Positions 16,683 to 26,700 of a stretch of 64,000 bases of DNA are shown here, one piece after another. The position numbers and the translations under genes were made by a program. The DNA is from a virus. The stretch lies in the IMG/VR virus record IMGVR_UViG_3300024496_000012. One strand, written 5' to 3'. Positions within the stretch are counted from its first letter, which is position 1, and each line of letters starts with the position of its first letter. The notes beneath the pieces were generated by a model. The model saw nothing but the letters and a program-made list of their open reading frames with translations, was not told the origin of the DNA and made no database searches.

Positions 16683-16768
16683 ATACTTTGTCTAATATAA
16701 GAGCCGGCACAGTTCGGACTTATGCGGAACCAACCGCGTAGACCTAGAACGTCACAAGGAGAAAACAA
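16678..16768 (+). promoter_or_regulatory. Late promoter GATAAATA plus structured 5' leader
   Basis: Box at 16678-85; stem TATGCGG/CCGCGTA 16721-40; AAGGAG SD at 16756-61. Confidence 0.55.
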
Positions 16769-17263
16769 ATGGCACGCCCATTAAAGAAAGATATTAACGG
16801 TACAGAAGTACTAGGCACATATGTTAACAGCGGAGCTGGTATCAAGTGCGAGTTTTATGATGGTTCAACAAACCAAACTGATGGTGTTATCATCAAGCAA
16901 AGAGGTGCAAGAACTTTCGTAGTTTGCCGCGTAGGGGACATTGGAACTACAGCTAACTATAAGACATGTTCTTTAGTTGACACAACACCAAATGCCGCAG
17001 GAGAAATGCGTATTCGTGGTTATGATGTTAGCGCAGGCGGACAAGGTGCACAGGTTACAGCCAACCTAGTTCCAATCGCCAAAATCACAAGAACAACTGC
17101 TGTAGGATTTCCAAGCAGTCCAGTATTAAACAGTAACGGATTCTGGGACAGCGAAGATAGCACCAGTTCTACTAACCACGATGAAAAGCGTTATACATGG
17201 TATCTATCCAACGACTCTTCAGCAGATTATATCGTATTGACACCAATCACTGCTAAGAGCTAA
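16769..17263 (+). CDS. Virion structural protein (hypothetical)
   Basis: Beta-rich 164 aa, strong SD, at the head of the structural operon. Confidence 0.6.
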   Translation: MARPLKKDINGTEVLGTYVNSGAGIKCEFYDGSTNQTDGVIIKQRGARTFVVCRVGDIGTTANYKTCSLVDTTPNAAGEMRIRGYDVSAGGQGAQVTANLVPIAKITRTTAVGFPSSPVLNSNGFWDSEDSTSSTNHDEKRYTWYLSNDSSADYIVLTPITAKS

Positions 17264-17275
17264 TAAGGAATCATA

Positions 17276-18250
17276 ATGGGACAAGTAGTTCAAACCAACG
17301 GCGATTATAAGATTAAGACAGGTGATGGTCACATCATCACTCTAGATACCGGTCCTCAAGTAGGAACGGTATTAGTCACTGGTAATCTTATCGTCAAAGG
17401 AACGAATCTAACTGTTTCGTCTGATAACTTAAACGTTAAAGATAACATCATTACTGTTAACTATGGTGAAACCGGAGCGGGTGTAACTCTACGCTATTCT
17501 GGAGTACAGGTAGATCGAGGAACACTCGCACCCGCAGGAATTATTTTTGATGAAGTAACACAGACTTGGTTATTTCCTCAAGGTGTTGTTGGCGGCGCTT
17601 TTAACTACAGCAACAGTAAAATAAAAGTAAAAAATATTCTAACAAACTCAGATACCGACGGTGGAGATCTTACTCTAATCGGAACAGGTAATGGTGTTGT
17701 TAAAGTAACTGGTACATCTAACTATACCGGACAGGTACTGGCTAGAAATGATGACACCATTCTAACTAACAAAGGCTATGTTGACTATGCTATTCAAAAT
17801 AGTCCGTCCTTCCAGATTACTAGTTCAAATACGAGAGTAATCGCAACAGACAAAGATGTTAGCGGTTCTCTAAACTATATTATAGCTAATACAGGGTATT
17901 CGACTTTCGGTGAAAGTGCGGTATCTGTGTTAATAGATGGCGTTCTTACATCACAGTTTTACAGCAACAGAGCTGTAATCCAAGGACTTGAGTTTAACGC
18001 TAACGAAATAACAAATAATCTAACCAACGGTGATATTAGTTTAAGAACACAGGGCACAGGTAAAATTAAAACAAACTATGCTCTACAACTAGAAACTATT
18101 AATGTTACCCCAGCTACAATCTCTAGCTCAACATTATTTTATAGTTCTCCTGTAGGACTTGGTTCTACAGGACTTTCATTTGTGAATACATCATACAGTG
18201 GAGAATTAATAAGTAAGAATAGAGCATTGGTTCTAAGCATGATATTTTAA
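17276..18250 (+). CDS. Virion structural / fibre-like protein
   Basis: Thr/Gly/Asn-rich, with V-x-G-N-L-x-V-x-G beta-spike motif and DNIITVNYG. Confidence 0.7.
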   Translation: MGQVVQTNGDYKIKTGDGHIITLDTGPQVGTVLVTGNLIVKGTNLTVSSDNLNVKDNIITVNYGETGAGVTLRYSGVQVDRGTLAPAGIIFDEVTQTWLFPQGVVGGAFNYSNSKIKVKNILTNSDTDGGDLTLIGTGNGVVKVTGTSNYTGQVLARNDDTILTNKGYVDYAIQNSPSFQITSSNTRVIATDKDVSGSLNYIIANTGYSTFGESAVSVLIDGVLTSQFYSNRAVIQGLEFNANEITNNLTNGDISLRTQGTGKIKTNYALQLETINVTPATISSSTLFYSSPVGLGSTGLSFVNTSYSGELISKNRALVLSMIF

Positions 18251-18259
18251 GAGATAGAC

Positions 18260-18628
18260 ATGATAACAAGTACATTAAGCACATCGACATCAATAACAGT
18301 TCCAGTAAGGGTTTTTAAAAGTACCACTACCGGCGCTGTGGGAGGAACTGCACAAGTTTCAGCGGTAACTACTATCATGCTCTGTAACACCGCAGCAGTA
18401 ACAATCACTGATGAAACTGTAAACTCTGTAACAGTCAACATTTATTTGGTCAAATCGGGCAGCAGTTATAGCACTTCTAACCAAGTAGTAAACAGTCTTA
18501 TCGTGCCTGCAGGCGAAACGGTATTCTTTAGCGAAGAACGTATCGTTCTAGATGGTAACGATGAAATCTGGGTAGGTACATCGGCAGCTAACGTTCTAGC
18601 CGTAACAGTGAGCTCGTTGCCAGTATGA
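18260..18628 (+). CDS. Small beta-sandwich virion protein (paralogue family with 23041 and 42319)
   Basis: Shared pattern ...CNT..V.V.I....VPAGE..ERIVL. Confidence 0.65.
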   Translation: MITSTLSTSTSITVPVRVFKSTTTGAVGGTAQVSAVTTIMLCNTAAVTITDETVNSVTVNIYLVKSGSSYSTSNQVVNSLIVPAGETVFFSEERIVLDGNDEIWVGTSAANVLAVTVSSLPV

Positions 18629-19128
18629 AGTTTCTTAAGCAAAAAAATATCAGCCGTTTTGGCCTTACTGATCAAACTTTGTTTACCAACGAGTTTGGTC
18701 GTCAAGTGACCAATGCCACAGGCGGTCTGATGCTGCCAAAAGGAACTACAGGTCAACGACCCAAGGTCAGCGGAGTAAAAGTTCCTAACGGTGATAGCAA
18801 CGGTTACATACGCTACAACACAACAACCAACGCTATCGAAGCATATGTTTTGGGTGTTTGGCAGGTTGTATCAGCACCGGCTTCAAACGCTATCCAAAAA
18901 CAAACACTTGGACCTGGTGATGCCAGCACCACAGAGTTTGGACCATTATTATCGAGCCCTCCACAGGACGATGCGATTATTGTTCTTGTAGGAAATGTAT
19001 GGCAGATTTCTGTCTCAAACTTCAATATTCTCTATAACTACCAGGGCACAGGCAACGCCTGGCTACAGTTTACAAGCCCCCCACCAATCGGCGCCGATAT
19101 TACCGTCTATCTTGGATTCTCTAGATAA
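18625..19128 (+). CDS. Virion structural protein
   Basis: LPKGTTGQRP...GYIRYNTTTNAIEAY-x3-W motif typical of phage fibre/neck connector domains. Confidence 0.7.
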   Translation: MKFLKQKNISRFGLTDQTLFTNEFGRQVTNATGGLMLPKGTTGQRPKVSGVKVPNGDSNGYIRYNTTTNAIEAYVLGVWQVVSAPASNAIQKQTLGPGDASTTEFGPLLSSPPQDDAIIVLVGNVWQISVSNFNILYNYQGTGNAWLQFTSPPPIGADITVYLGFSR

Positions 19129-19138
19129 TCCAAATAGC

Positions 19139-19170
19139 AATAAATATACGTATCGGGTTGGAGATACGTA
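19139..19170 (+). promoter_or_regulatory. Late promoter AATAAATA overlapping an RBS-occluding hairpin
   Basis: Box 19139-46; stem TACGTATC 19147-54 / GATACGTA 19163-70 encloses the GGAG SD and ends at the ATG. Confidence 0.65.
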
Positions 19171-20622
19171 ATGGCATTAGTCATCAAAGATAGAGTAAAA
19201 GCAAGGACTCGTACAGTTGGTACGGGCTCTTTAACATTAGAAAATACAGTTCCAGGATTCCAGAGCTTTGAAGCAGTGGGCAATGGAAATGAAACCTACT
19301 ACGGTATCACTGATACTGTGGGTAACTGGGAAATCGGACGCGGTACATATAGTTCTGTAGGCCCGACCTTATCTAGAGATTCAGTACTTTCTTCAAGCAA
19401 CAACAATCAACTAGTACCCTTTGACATAGGATCAAAGACAGTTTTCTGCACATTTCCAGCCAGCCTAGCGCAGACAAACTTCTCTAATGCAGGATCGGGT
19501 TTTGGTAGTTTTACTCTAAACGGGCATACTATCGATACCACTGATGCTGGAGCGATTACCTTACAGCGAGCTACTACTGTTAACGGAAATCTAACAGTAA
19601 ATGGAAACGTTATTTCCACAGGAAGTTTTGCTGGAAATGCTGCTACAGCTACAAAACTTTTAACATCAAGAACAATCAACGGTGTAGCATTTGACGGTTC
19701 AGCTAACATAACTGTTACAGCCGATGCTAACACTTTATCTGGCACAACACTAAAACCAGCAGTGATCAACTCTAGTCTAGTCAGCGTAGGAACTATCACT
19801 ACTGGAACATGGTCAGCAAACTTTGGTGCTGTCAGCGGAGCAAATTTAACTAACCTAACAGCAGGAAACTTAACTGGAACCATACCATACGGTGTCTTAG
19901 GTAACAGCAATCTCTATGTAGGTACTACACAGATAGCACTTAATAGAGGACCAGCATCACAGACCTTAACAGGAATCAGCGTTGATGGAAATGCCTACAG
20001 TGCTACAAAGTTACAGACTTCAAGGAATATTAACGGAGTTGCTTTTGACGGACAGATTGACATAACAGTTCCTGCAGCATCTAATACATTAACTGGCACA
20101 ACACTAGCATCTAATGTCGTTAACAGCAGTCTTACCAGCGTTGGTACATTAACTGCACTAACTGTTAATAATACCGTCCATAGAACCGTAGCTACATTTA
20201 CAAGAAAACATTCTACTACACAGCTAGTATCAAATGCCACAGCAGGTAAGATAGAATTTGACACAGTGGTTGATTCAGTATCAACTACAGGTATAACATA
20301 TCAAGGAGCACTTGATGCATTTCCAGGACGTTTTGTAAACACCAGCGGCGAAACTAGATCTGTGCATGTGAGTTTTAGTATACCTTTTGATGTAAACAAT
20401 GCAGGTTTTAGAGCTGCATGGATAGAAAAAGTCGGAGTTATCAAACTTAAATCTACCACAGTACCCATAGCAGGTGACTACCCACAGATTAGTATTTCGA
20501 CTACATTTACTCTAGCTCCTACAGAATATTTTGAAATATATGCTTATCAAACATCAGGCGTTAACCTTGCCACTGGCACTGGACCGTTTGGTGGAAACTA
20601 TGTTGAAGTAACTTGGATATAA
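19171..20622 (+). CDS. Tail fibre protein
   Basis: N-terminal KDRVK...WEIGRGTY attachment domain; two ~51-aa ATKL.TSR.INGVAFDG repeats (about 19648-19800 and 20002-20154); C-terminal C1q-like beta domain. Confidence 0.75.
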   Translation: MALVIKDRVKARTRTVGTGSLTLENTVPGFQSFEAVGNGNETYYGITDTVGNWEIGRGTYSSVGPTLSRDSVLSSSNNNQLVPFDIGSKTVFCTFPASLAQTNFSNAGSGFGSFTLNGHTIDTTDAGAITLQRATTVNGNLTVNGNVISTGSFAGNAATATKLLTSRTINGVAFDGSANITVTADANTLSGTTLKPAVINSSLVSVGTITTGTWSANFGAVSGANLTNLTAGNLTGTIPYGVLGNSNLYVGTTQIALNRGPASQTLTGISVDGNAYSATKLQTSRNINGVAFDGQIDITVPAASNTLTGTTLASNVVNSSLTSVGTLTALTVNNTVHRTVATFTRKHSTTQLVSNATAGKIEFDTVVDSVSTTGITYQGALDAFPGRFVNTSGETRSVHVSFSIPFDVNNAGFRAAWIEKVGVIKLKSTTVPIAGDYPQISISTTFTLAPTEYFEIYAYQTSGVNLATGTGPFGGNYVEVTWI

Positions 20623-20623
20623 T

Positions 20624-21832
20624 ATGGCACCAGTCGGCGGTGGAGGCGGACCTCCAATATTTTTAAACGATGAGGAACCAGTAGTATTAGATGATATTAC
20701 TTCTGGCGAAGGCGCTCTAGGCGAAAGTTATAACGCCTATAATCCCGCAGCGGCATTAGGTCGTATCGGTGGCAAGTTATTAAAAGACAACCTTCTAAGG
20801 AATGGTGTTGATTTAACCTTCAGGAATCTCGCCAGCGACCCTGATCTATTATACCTAGACGTTACTAATAAACGAATCGGTATAAACATCAGCAGCCCAA
20901 CTGTAGCATTAGATCTTACCGGTCAGAATATTGTAACCAAAGGGCTAGAAGCTACCGGACAAGCACAGATCGGCAATGTTTTAATACAAGCACCTAATAC
21001 TTTCAGTACAGTAACTGGCCCTTTAGCTATCAGTCCTGCAGATATTGGAACTCCCTTCCAGCATAAGATATTACAGACCAGTGGATTAGAAATACGTGCA
21101 AACTACATTGGTAGTCTTAGCAATGGAAATATCGTGCTTGATCCTAATGGTTCGGGTACCGTAGAGTTTACAACTACTACTAATACTGTTGGCGATGTAG
21201 ATGTTACTGGAAACATATTTGTACAGGGCAATGTTAAAGCCAATGGCGGAAATATTACCATCGGCGACCAAGCCACTGATACAGTAACCATATCTCCAAA
21301 TATATCACAAGATCTATTACCTAGCACAACAAACACCGTAGACATTGGTAGTGCCAGTAAGAAGTGGCAAAACATATACACTGAAGAATGGCGTCGATTT
21401 ACTAATCTTAATGTTAACGCATTAACGATTAATAACAATACAAAAATTGACGGTGTTAACAATACTCTTTTTGACATCGCTACTAACGATACACTTACGC
21501 TTTCTCCAGGAACAGGTGTCGTTAACATAGAAAATATAAGTATCAAAGACAGTGATATCACTAATCTATCAGCTTCTACTCCTTTACAGCTAGCTAGTAC
21601 AGGTAACGGTTATTGGAAGTTTGCTGACAGCAATGGCTTTGTACTCCCATCGGGAACAGACGCAGAAGCACCTGTAAACCCAGAACCTGGATTTACCCGT
21701 TGGAATACTGACAAGGGCTACGTAGAGTGCTATGATGGCAGCGTTTATATTATTGCCACTGGCCCGGGCGATGTAGTCAACCGTGATAAAATGGAAGAGT
21801 ATGTCAATCTTTGGACCTTCGTACTGGGTTAA
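20624..21832 (+). CDS. Virion structural/fibre protein, paralogue of 21984..23033
   Basis: GRIGGKLLKDNL.R.GVDL.F motif, ITIGDQATD and RWNTDK..VECYDG motifs shared with the next gene. Confidence 0.75.
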   Translation: MAPVGGGGGPPIFLNDEEPVVLDDITSGEGALGESYNAYNPAAALGRIGGKLLKDNLLRNGVDLTFRNLASDPDLLYLDVTNKRIGINISSPTVALDLTGQNIVTKGLEATGQAQIGNVLIQAPNTFSTVTGPLAISPADIGTPFQHKILQTSGLEIRANYIGSLSNGNIVLDPNGSGTVEFTTTTNTVGDVDVTGNIFVQGNVKANGGNITIGDQATDTVTISPNISQDLLPSTTNTVDIGSASKKWQNIYTEEWRRFTNLNVNALTINNNTKIDGVNNTLFDIATNDTLTLSPGTGVVNIENISIKDSDITNLSASTPLQLASTGNGYWKFADSNGFVLPSGTDAEAPVNPEPGFTRWNTDKGYVECYDGSVYIIATGPGDVVNRDKMEEYVNLWTFVLG

Positions 21833-21843
21833 TTCCTATTCGG

Positions 21844-21851
21844 CATAAATA
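21844..21851 (+). promoter_or_regulatory. Late promoter box CATAAATA
   Basis: At the 5' edge of a 150-nt intergenic region. Confidence 0.65.
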
Positions 21852-21856
21852 CTATT

Positions 21857-21983
21857 ACTGTAAGGACCCGACCAAGGTCTTTACGATACTCAACTGTGGT
21901 AAACCAGCAAAGAGCCGTTAAAGCGGATGCGGAGAAATCCAAAATAGGTTAACCGTGAAACACGGGGTCGTATAGGAGAGCGC
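21857..21983 (+). ncRNA. Candidate pseudoknotted cis-regulatory leader RNA
   Basis: P1 GTAAGGACC 21860-68/GGTCTTTAC 21876-84. Its loop CGACC complements GGTCG 21966-70. Hairpins CCG/CGG, GGA-GAAA-TCC and CCGTG/CACGG lie between; SD at 21974-78. Confidence 0.55.
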
Positions 21984-23033
21984 ATGGCTATTGGTCGTAT
22001 CAGTGGGCCGCTGCTCAAGGCTAACCTGAACCGTGACGGTGTGGACCTAGCCTTTGAGACGGACTTACTCTATCTAAGTGTTAATAACTCGCGCATCGGC
22101 GTTAATAACGTATCTCCTACGGCCGCTCTAGATGTTAACGGTACAACAAAATCAACAAACATAACAGTAGCAAATCAAGTTACTGTTGGAAACCTAGTTA
22201 TTTCTGGCAACACACTTGCCAGCACATCAGGAACTATTTCTTTTGTTCCTTCGGGTAATCAAGCTACTGTATATCATTCAAAACTACAAGTTGATGAGAT
22301 ACAGATCAGCGGAAATACTATTTCCACATTCAACTCAAATGCAAATCTAGAACTAGTTCCAAACGGTTCTGGCAAGCTAATGATTACCGGTAACACAAAC
22401 ATCACCGGTGATTTGAATGTCACTGGAAACATTTCCGCTACAGGAAATATCACTATCGGTGGTAATGTAACCATCGGTGATCAATCAACAGATAATGTAG
22501 TATTCAATGCAGGCATTAACAGCAACGTTCTGCCTGTAACCGACAACGCATACAGTCTAGGAAGTCCTTCAAAGAGATGGCGCAGCGTGTATGCCACAAA
22601 CTTGTTCACTGATAACTTTAATACTCCAACATTCAATGTCGGCAATATTAACTTTACTGGTAACACAATCAGTACACCAACAGGACAAGATCTCTTTATC
22701 AACGGTAATGGTACCGGTGGTATAAGATTAGGTAACTTCAAGGTAGTTGACAACACTATCACTAACGTATTATCTGGTGCTATCAGCCAGATAGTACAAA
22801 CAGGAACAGGTTACGTCAAGTTTGCCGGCACTAACGGTTTTGTTCCACCGGTTGGAACCAACGCTCAACGTCCAAACAATCAAGTTCTAGGTATGACAAG
22901 ATATAACACTCAGTCAAAAGCACTTGAAGTATGGGATGGATTAACATGGGCTAGCCCTGCAGGTGCTGCAGGTGCTGTCAGTCAAGCACAAGCACAAGAC
23001 ATCGCGCTGTCTTTAGTGATCATATTAGGATAA
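21984..23033 (+). CDS. Virion structural/fibre protein
   Basis: MAIGRISGPLLKANL..DGVDLAF, beta-spike repeats, PVGTNAQRP...RYNT...EVWDG..W. Confidence 0.75.
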   Translation: MAIGRISGPLLKANLNRDGVDLAFETDLLYLSVNNSRIGVNNVSPTAALDVNGTTKSTNITVANQVTVGNLVISGNTLASTSGTISFVPSGNQATVYHSKLQVDEIQISGNTISTFNSNANLELVPNGSGKLMITGNTNITGDLNVTGNISATGNITIGGNVTIGDQSTDNVVFNAGINSNVLPVTDNAYSLGSPSKRWRSVYATNLFTDNFNTPTFNVGNINFTGNTISTPTGQDLFINGNGTGGIRLGNFKVVDNTITNVLSGAISQIVQTGTGYVKFAGTNGFVPPVGTNAQRPNNQVLGMTRYNTQSKALEVWDGLTWASPAGAAGAVSQAQAQDIALSLVIILG

Positions 23034-23040
23034 GAGAACT

Positions 23041-23373
23041 ATGCCAACAGCATTTAAAAACGTTTTACAATCGAACTTAGGAACAGCGCCAACTACAGTA
23101 TTGACTACAGACGCTGGTGTTAAAACTACGATAGTAGGAATCAGCCTTACAAATGTTACTAGCAGTATCGTATTAGCTAGCATACACCTAGAAGATAGCG
23201 TATCGGCTACTTCTGCGTATTACATACAGAATGCTGTAATACCGCCCAACCAGAGTTTGCGAGTAGTCAATGGCGGCGAACGTCTAGTGTTAGGTGAGCA
23301 AACAGCAATAGTTATAACTACAAATACCGATGATAGTGTTGATCTAGTATTAAGTTACGTAGAGATCAGCTAA
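23041..23373 (+). CDS. Small beta-sandwich virion protein
   Basis: Paralogue of 18260 and 42319 (ERLVL motif). Confidence 0.65.
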   Translation: MPTAFKNVLQSNLGTAPTTVLTTDAGVKTTIVGISLTNVTSSIVLASIHLEDSVSATSAYYIQNAVIPPNQSLRVVNGGERLVLGEQTAIVITTNTDDSVDLVLSYVEIS

Positions 23374-23383
23374 GGAGATATAA

Positions 23384-23761
23384 ATGAGTTACGTTGGACA
23401 GATTACAACCGCAGACATACTTGGTACAGGTAACCCGAGATATTTCCTTGCACTTCGTAGAGATGAAGCAGGCAATCTTTATTTTGCTAAGATTGATCAG
23501 ATCAACTCTACAGAAAAGATCATTATTAATGTTCCCGGACCTAATGCCCAGAACTACGAAGATTTTGAATACGGTGTTGATTTTTTTGATGGAAGAACAG
23601 CCCAAGACCATAGCAGACCATATGAAAATCTGTTCTACGATCAATATCGTTGGGATGACAAGAATATTTTTTATTATATCACAGCCAAAGGAGAGTTGGC
23701 AGTAAGAGTTAACCAGGCCTATGAGTATGATCCAAGTCAGATCATGCCACCGGTAGTCTAA
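23384..23761 (+). CDS. Conserved-looking structural-module protein
   Basis: YFLALRRDEAGNLYF...YDQYRWDD...YYIT..GELAVRVN; SD AAGGAG. Confidence 0.65.
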   Translation: MSYVGQITTADILGTGNPRYFLALRRDEAGNLYFAKIDQINSTEKIIINVPGPNAQNYEDFEYGVDFFDGRTAQDHSRPYENLFYDQYRWDDKNIFYYITAKGELAVRVNQAYEYDPSQIMPPVV

Positions 23762-23782
23762 AATATTTAGGAAAACACAAAA

Positions 23783-26700
23783 ATGGCAGCAGAGTTTAAG
23801 ATAGCGAGATTAAGATATAACTGGGCAGGACAGTGGGTTACTGGTGAGTTTTATAACAGAGACGCCGTAGTTCAGTATAATGGTAAGACATACATATGTC
23901 TTATTCCACATAATGCTAGCGATTTTTATAATGACCTAGCACACGTAACACCTTCGGGTGCTATTACTCCATATTGGGAACTATCGGTAGATGGTAAGAC
24001 CTGGAAACAAGAGTGGACCTCCAATACCTATTACAGTCTAGGTAATATTGTCACCTACGGCGGTGTAGTTTATGTCTGTTCAGAGAGTCATACCAGCTCA
24101 AACAATCCACAGCCTCAGATCGATCTTAGCAAATGGGTAACGCTATCTACCTTTACTAAGTGGGACAACGCATGGACTCCTAATACAGTATACGGCAAAG
24201 GTGACACCGTCAAGTATGGCGGAATCGTCTACGAATGTAATACAAATCATATTTCTGCTGTTGATGTTGCCACAGGACTTGAATCAGATCAATCTAAATG
24301 GTCATTAGTTAACAATGGAATAGAGTACAAAGGCACATGGATGTCTAATGTACGATATAAGTTAAACGATATCGTTTATCGTAGTCCAGATCTTTATATT
24401 TGTACAGCTGGTCACACATCAGGAACATATGATTCTTCGATAACATTTGATCCTACAAAATGGCAGATATGGATGCCTGGACTTGAACTCCAAACAACAT
24501 GGAGTCAGTTTGCTATCTACAATCCAGGTGACGTAGTTATCTATGGTGGATACACATACGTTTGTACAGAAGAAAACAATCAAAATAACATTCCTTCAAT
24601 GTCATCGTTGTCTTGGTCTATCTTGACTCAAGGTTTCAACATGAAGGCCGAATGGGATGGAATGCAATCTTATAAGATTGGCGATGTAGTAAGAAAAGGT
24701 GGAATACTTTTTGAAGCAGCACAAGATGTTCCTGCTACAACTCAACAGCTCGATACAGATCCTACTTCATATGTTGTTTCAACATCAGTTACTTCAGCTA
24801 CAGGAACTACATTGGTAGTGACTAGTACTGCTGCTATCCGTCCTGGAATGATCATTACTGGACCTGGTTTTACGATTGGTCAAAGAGTTTCACAGGTAAC
24901 TGACGGAACTACCCTAGTGATGGATAGAGGACCAGACGGTGTTAGTACCAACGGTGATACGGTTACATTTACAGGTGTTAACTATGTCTATTGGACTCCG
25001 TTGGTTATGGGTCTAAACTATCTAGCTCGTTGGCAGTACAGCACCAATTCTAGTCCTATAGTTTATTCAGTCGGTGATGTTGTCTACTGGCAAAACTTTA
25101 CCTATCGTTGCATAAGAAATCATAGTGCTAGTACAAAGATTGATATCATAATGAATAGACCTGACCTAGATACAGCTAATATGTATTGGGTCAAACTAGT
25201 AGCACATGCTCCTAAGAATGCTATGAATCAACTTGGTGACCTAGAAACATATGTTTCTGGTTATACAAACACAGCTATCGCGATAGGTGAAAAAGATAAG
25301 GTTCTAAAAGCCAGTTCTAAACTTCCTACATGGAGCACGATTAACGAGATTACTAACGTATTCTATGTATCAACTACACAAGGTGTAGATGACACACAAC
25401 ACGGAACATCATGGGACAAGCCTTTTGCCACAATCAAATATGCCTGCGATAAAATCCTAGAAGGAACTTTCTTCCATAATGCTAGGTATCTAGCTGAAGC
25501 GAATAGAGATTGGATCATCGAAGAGATGTGGCAATATATGTTATATGCCAAAGCTAACTCGCTCGACGGATTCACTCCAAGCTCGGTATTTGACGAAACA
25601 AAAACAAGAAGAGATGCTGGATTTATTCTAGAAGCTGTCTTATATGATCTAGGACGTGGCGGCAACGGTCAGACAGTTATGCAGACTCTAGCATATTTTG
25701 TTGACGGATCAAAAACACAGTTTTACAATGCAGGAACTGAAGCGGTCATGCCGTACATCATTGCTGCTATTAACAAGATACAAAGTTTAGTGATACAAAA
25801 TGCGATCACTAGCACACCATTATTACCGATTAACGACTATCAGGTCTTGAATAACATACCTGTGGATCTCCGAGTACCGCAGATTACTGATGCGGCAAAT
25901 CATCCGTTGGAAACCGGTGCTATCGATGCGATAAATGCTCTATTTGCTTTACCTATTTCAGCGTTCACCAGTCATTCTACTACTGGATTGCCTCCAGCTA
26001 ACCAAGGTATTACATCGACTATCTTTGTTAAGACAGGTACATATAAAGAAACATTGCCAATCACAGTTCCAGAGATGACTGCAATCGTTGGTGATGAACT
26101 TAGAGGTACAGTCGTACAACCTAATATTGTTATCAACACAGTAGTTAAAAGTTCATCTTCTGCCGATAACTCATTTACAGTTATAACTACAGAAGGTCTA
26201 AATCATGGAACTCCGGTACAGTTTTCTGGAGCTATCGATATTGGTGCTCCAACAAAAACTATCGGCGGAACTACTACCGGAACAACTTTCTATGTGAATG
26301 ACACAAACGCTGCTAACGTTGGTGTGCCAGAAGTAAATGAAATCGAATACCTTAACGGTAGCTTAACACATCCAGATGGACACAGTAAGATCCTTGGATT
26401 TGCACTTGACGGTTATCCTGTTTATGGTCCTTATGGCTATTCTCAAGCTACTAATGCTAACTCTGCTACAAAACGTATGCAGAGTGGTTATACTCTTAAT
26501 AGTCCTTCGACTAGAGTAGCACCAGCTACAAACGTTAGCCAGTATCCTATGGGCATGTTTAACGAAGATTGGAGCTTTACTAACCCTCAAGGCACCGATC
26601 TCGATCTTTATAATGGACGTTATTGTGTAACTCCTGATTATCCTAACGGCACATATGCTTATTTCTGCACTATTGATGCAAACGGCGACCCAGCATATCC

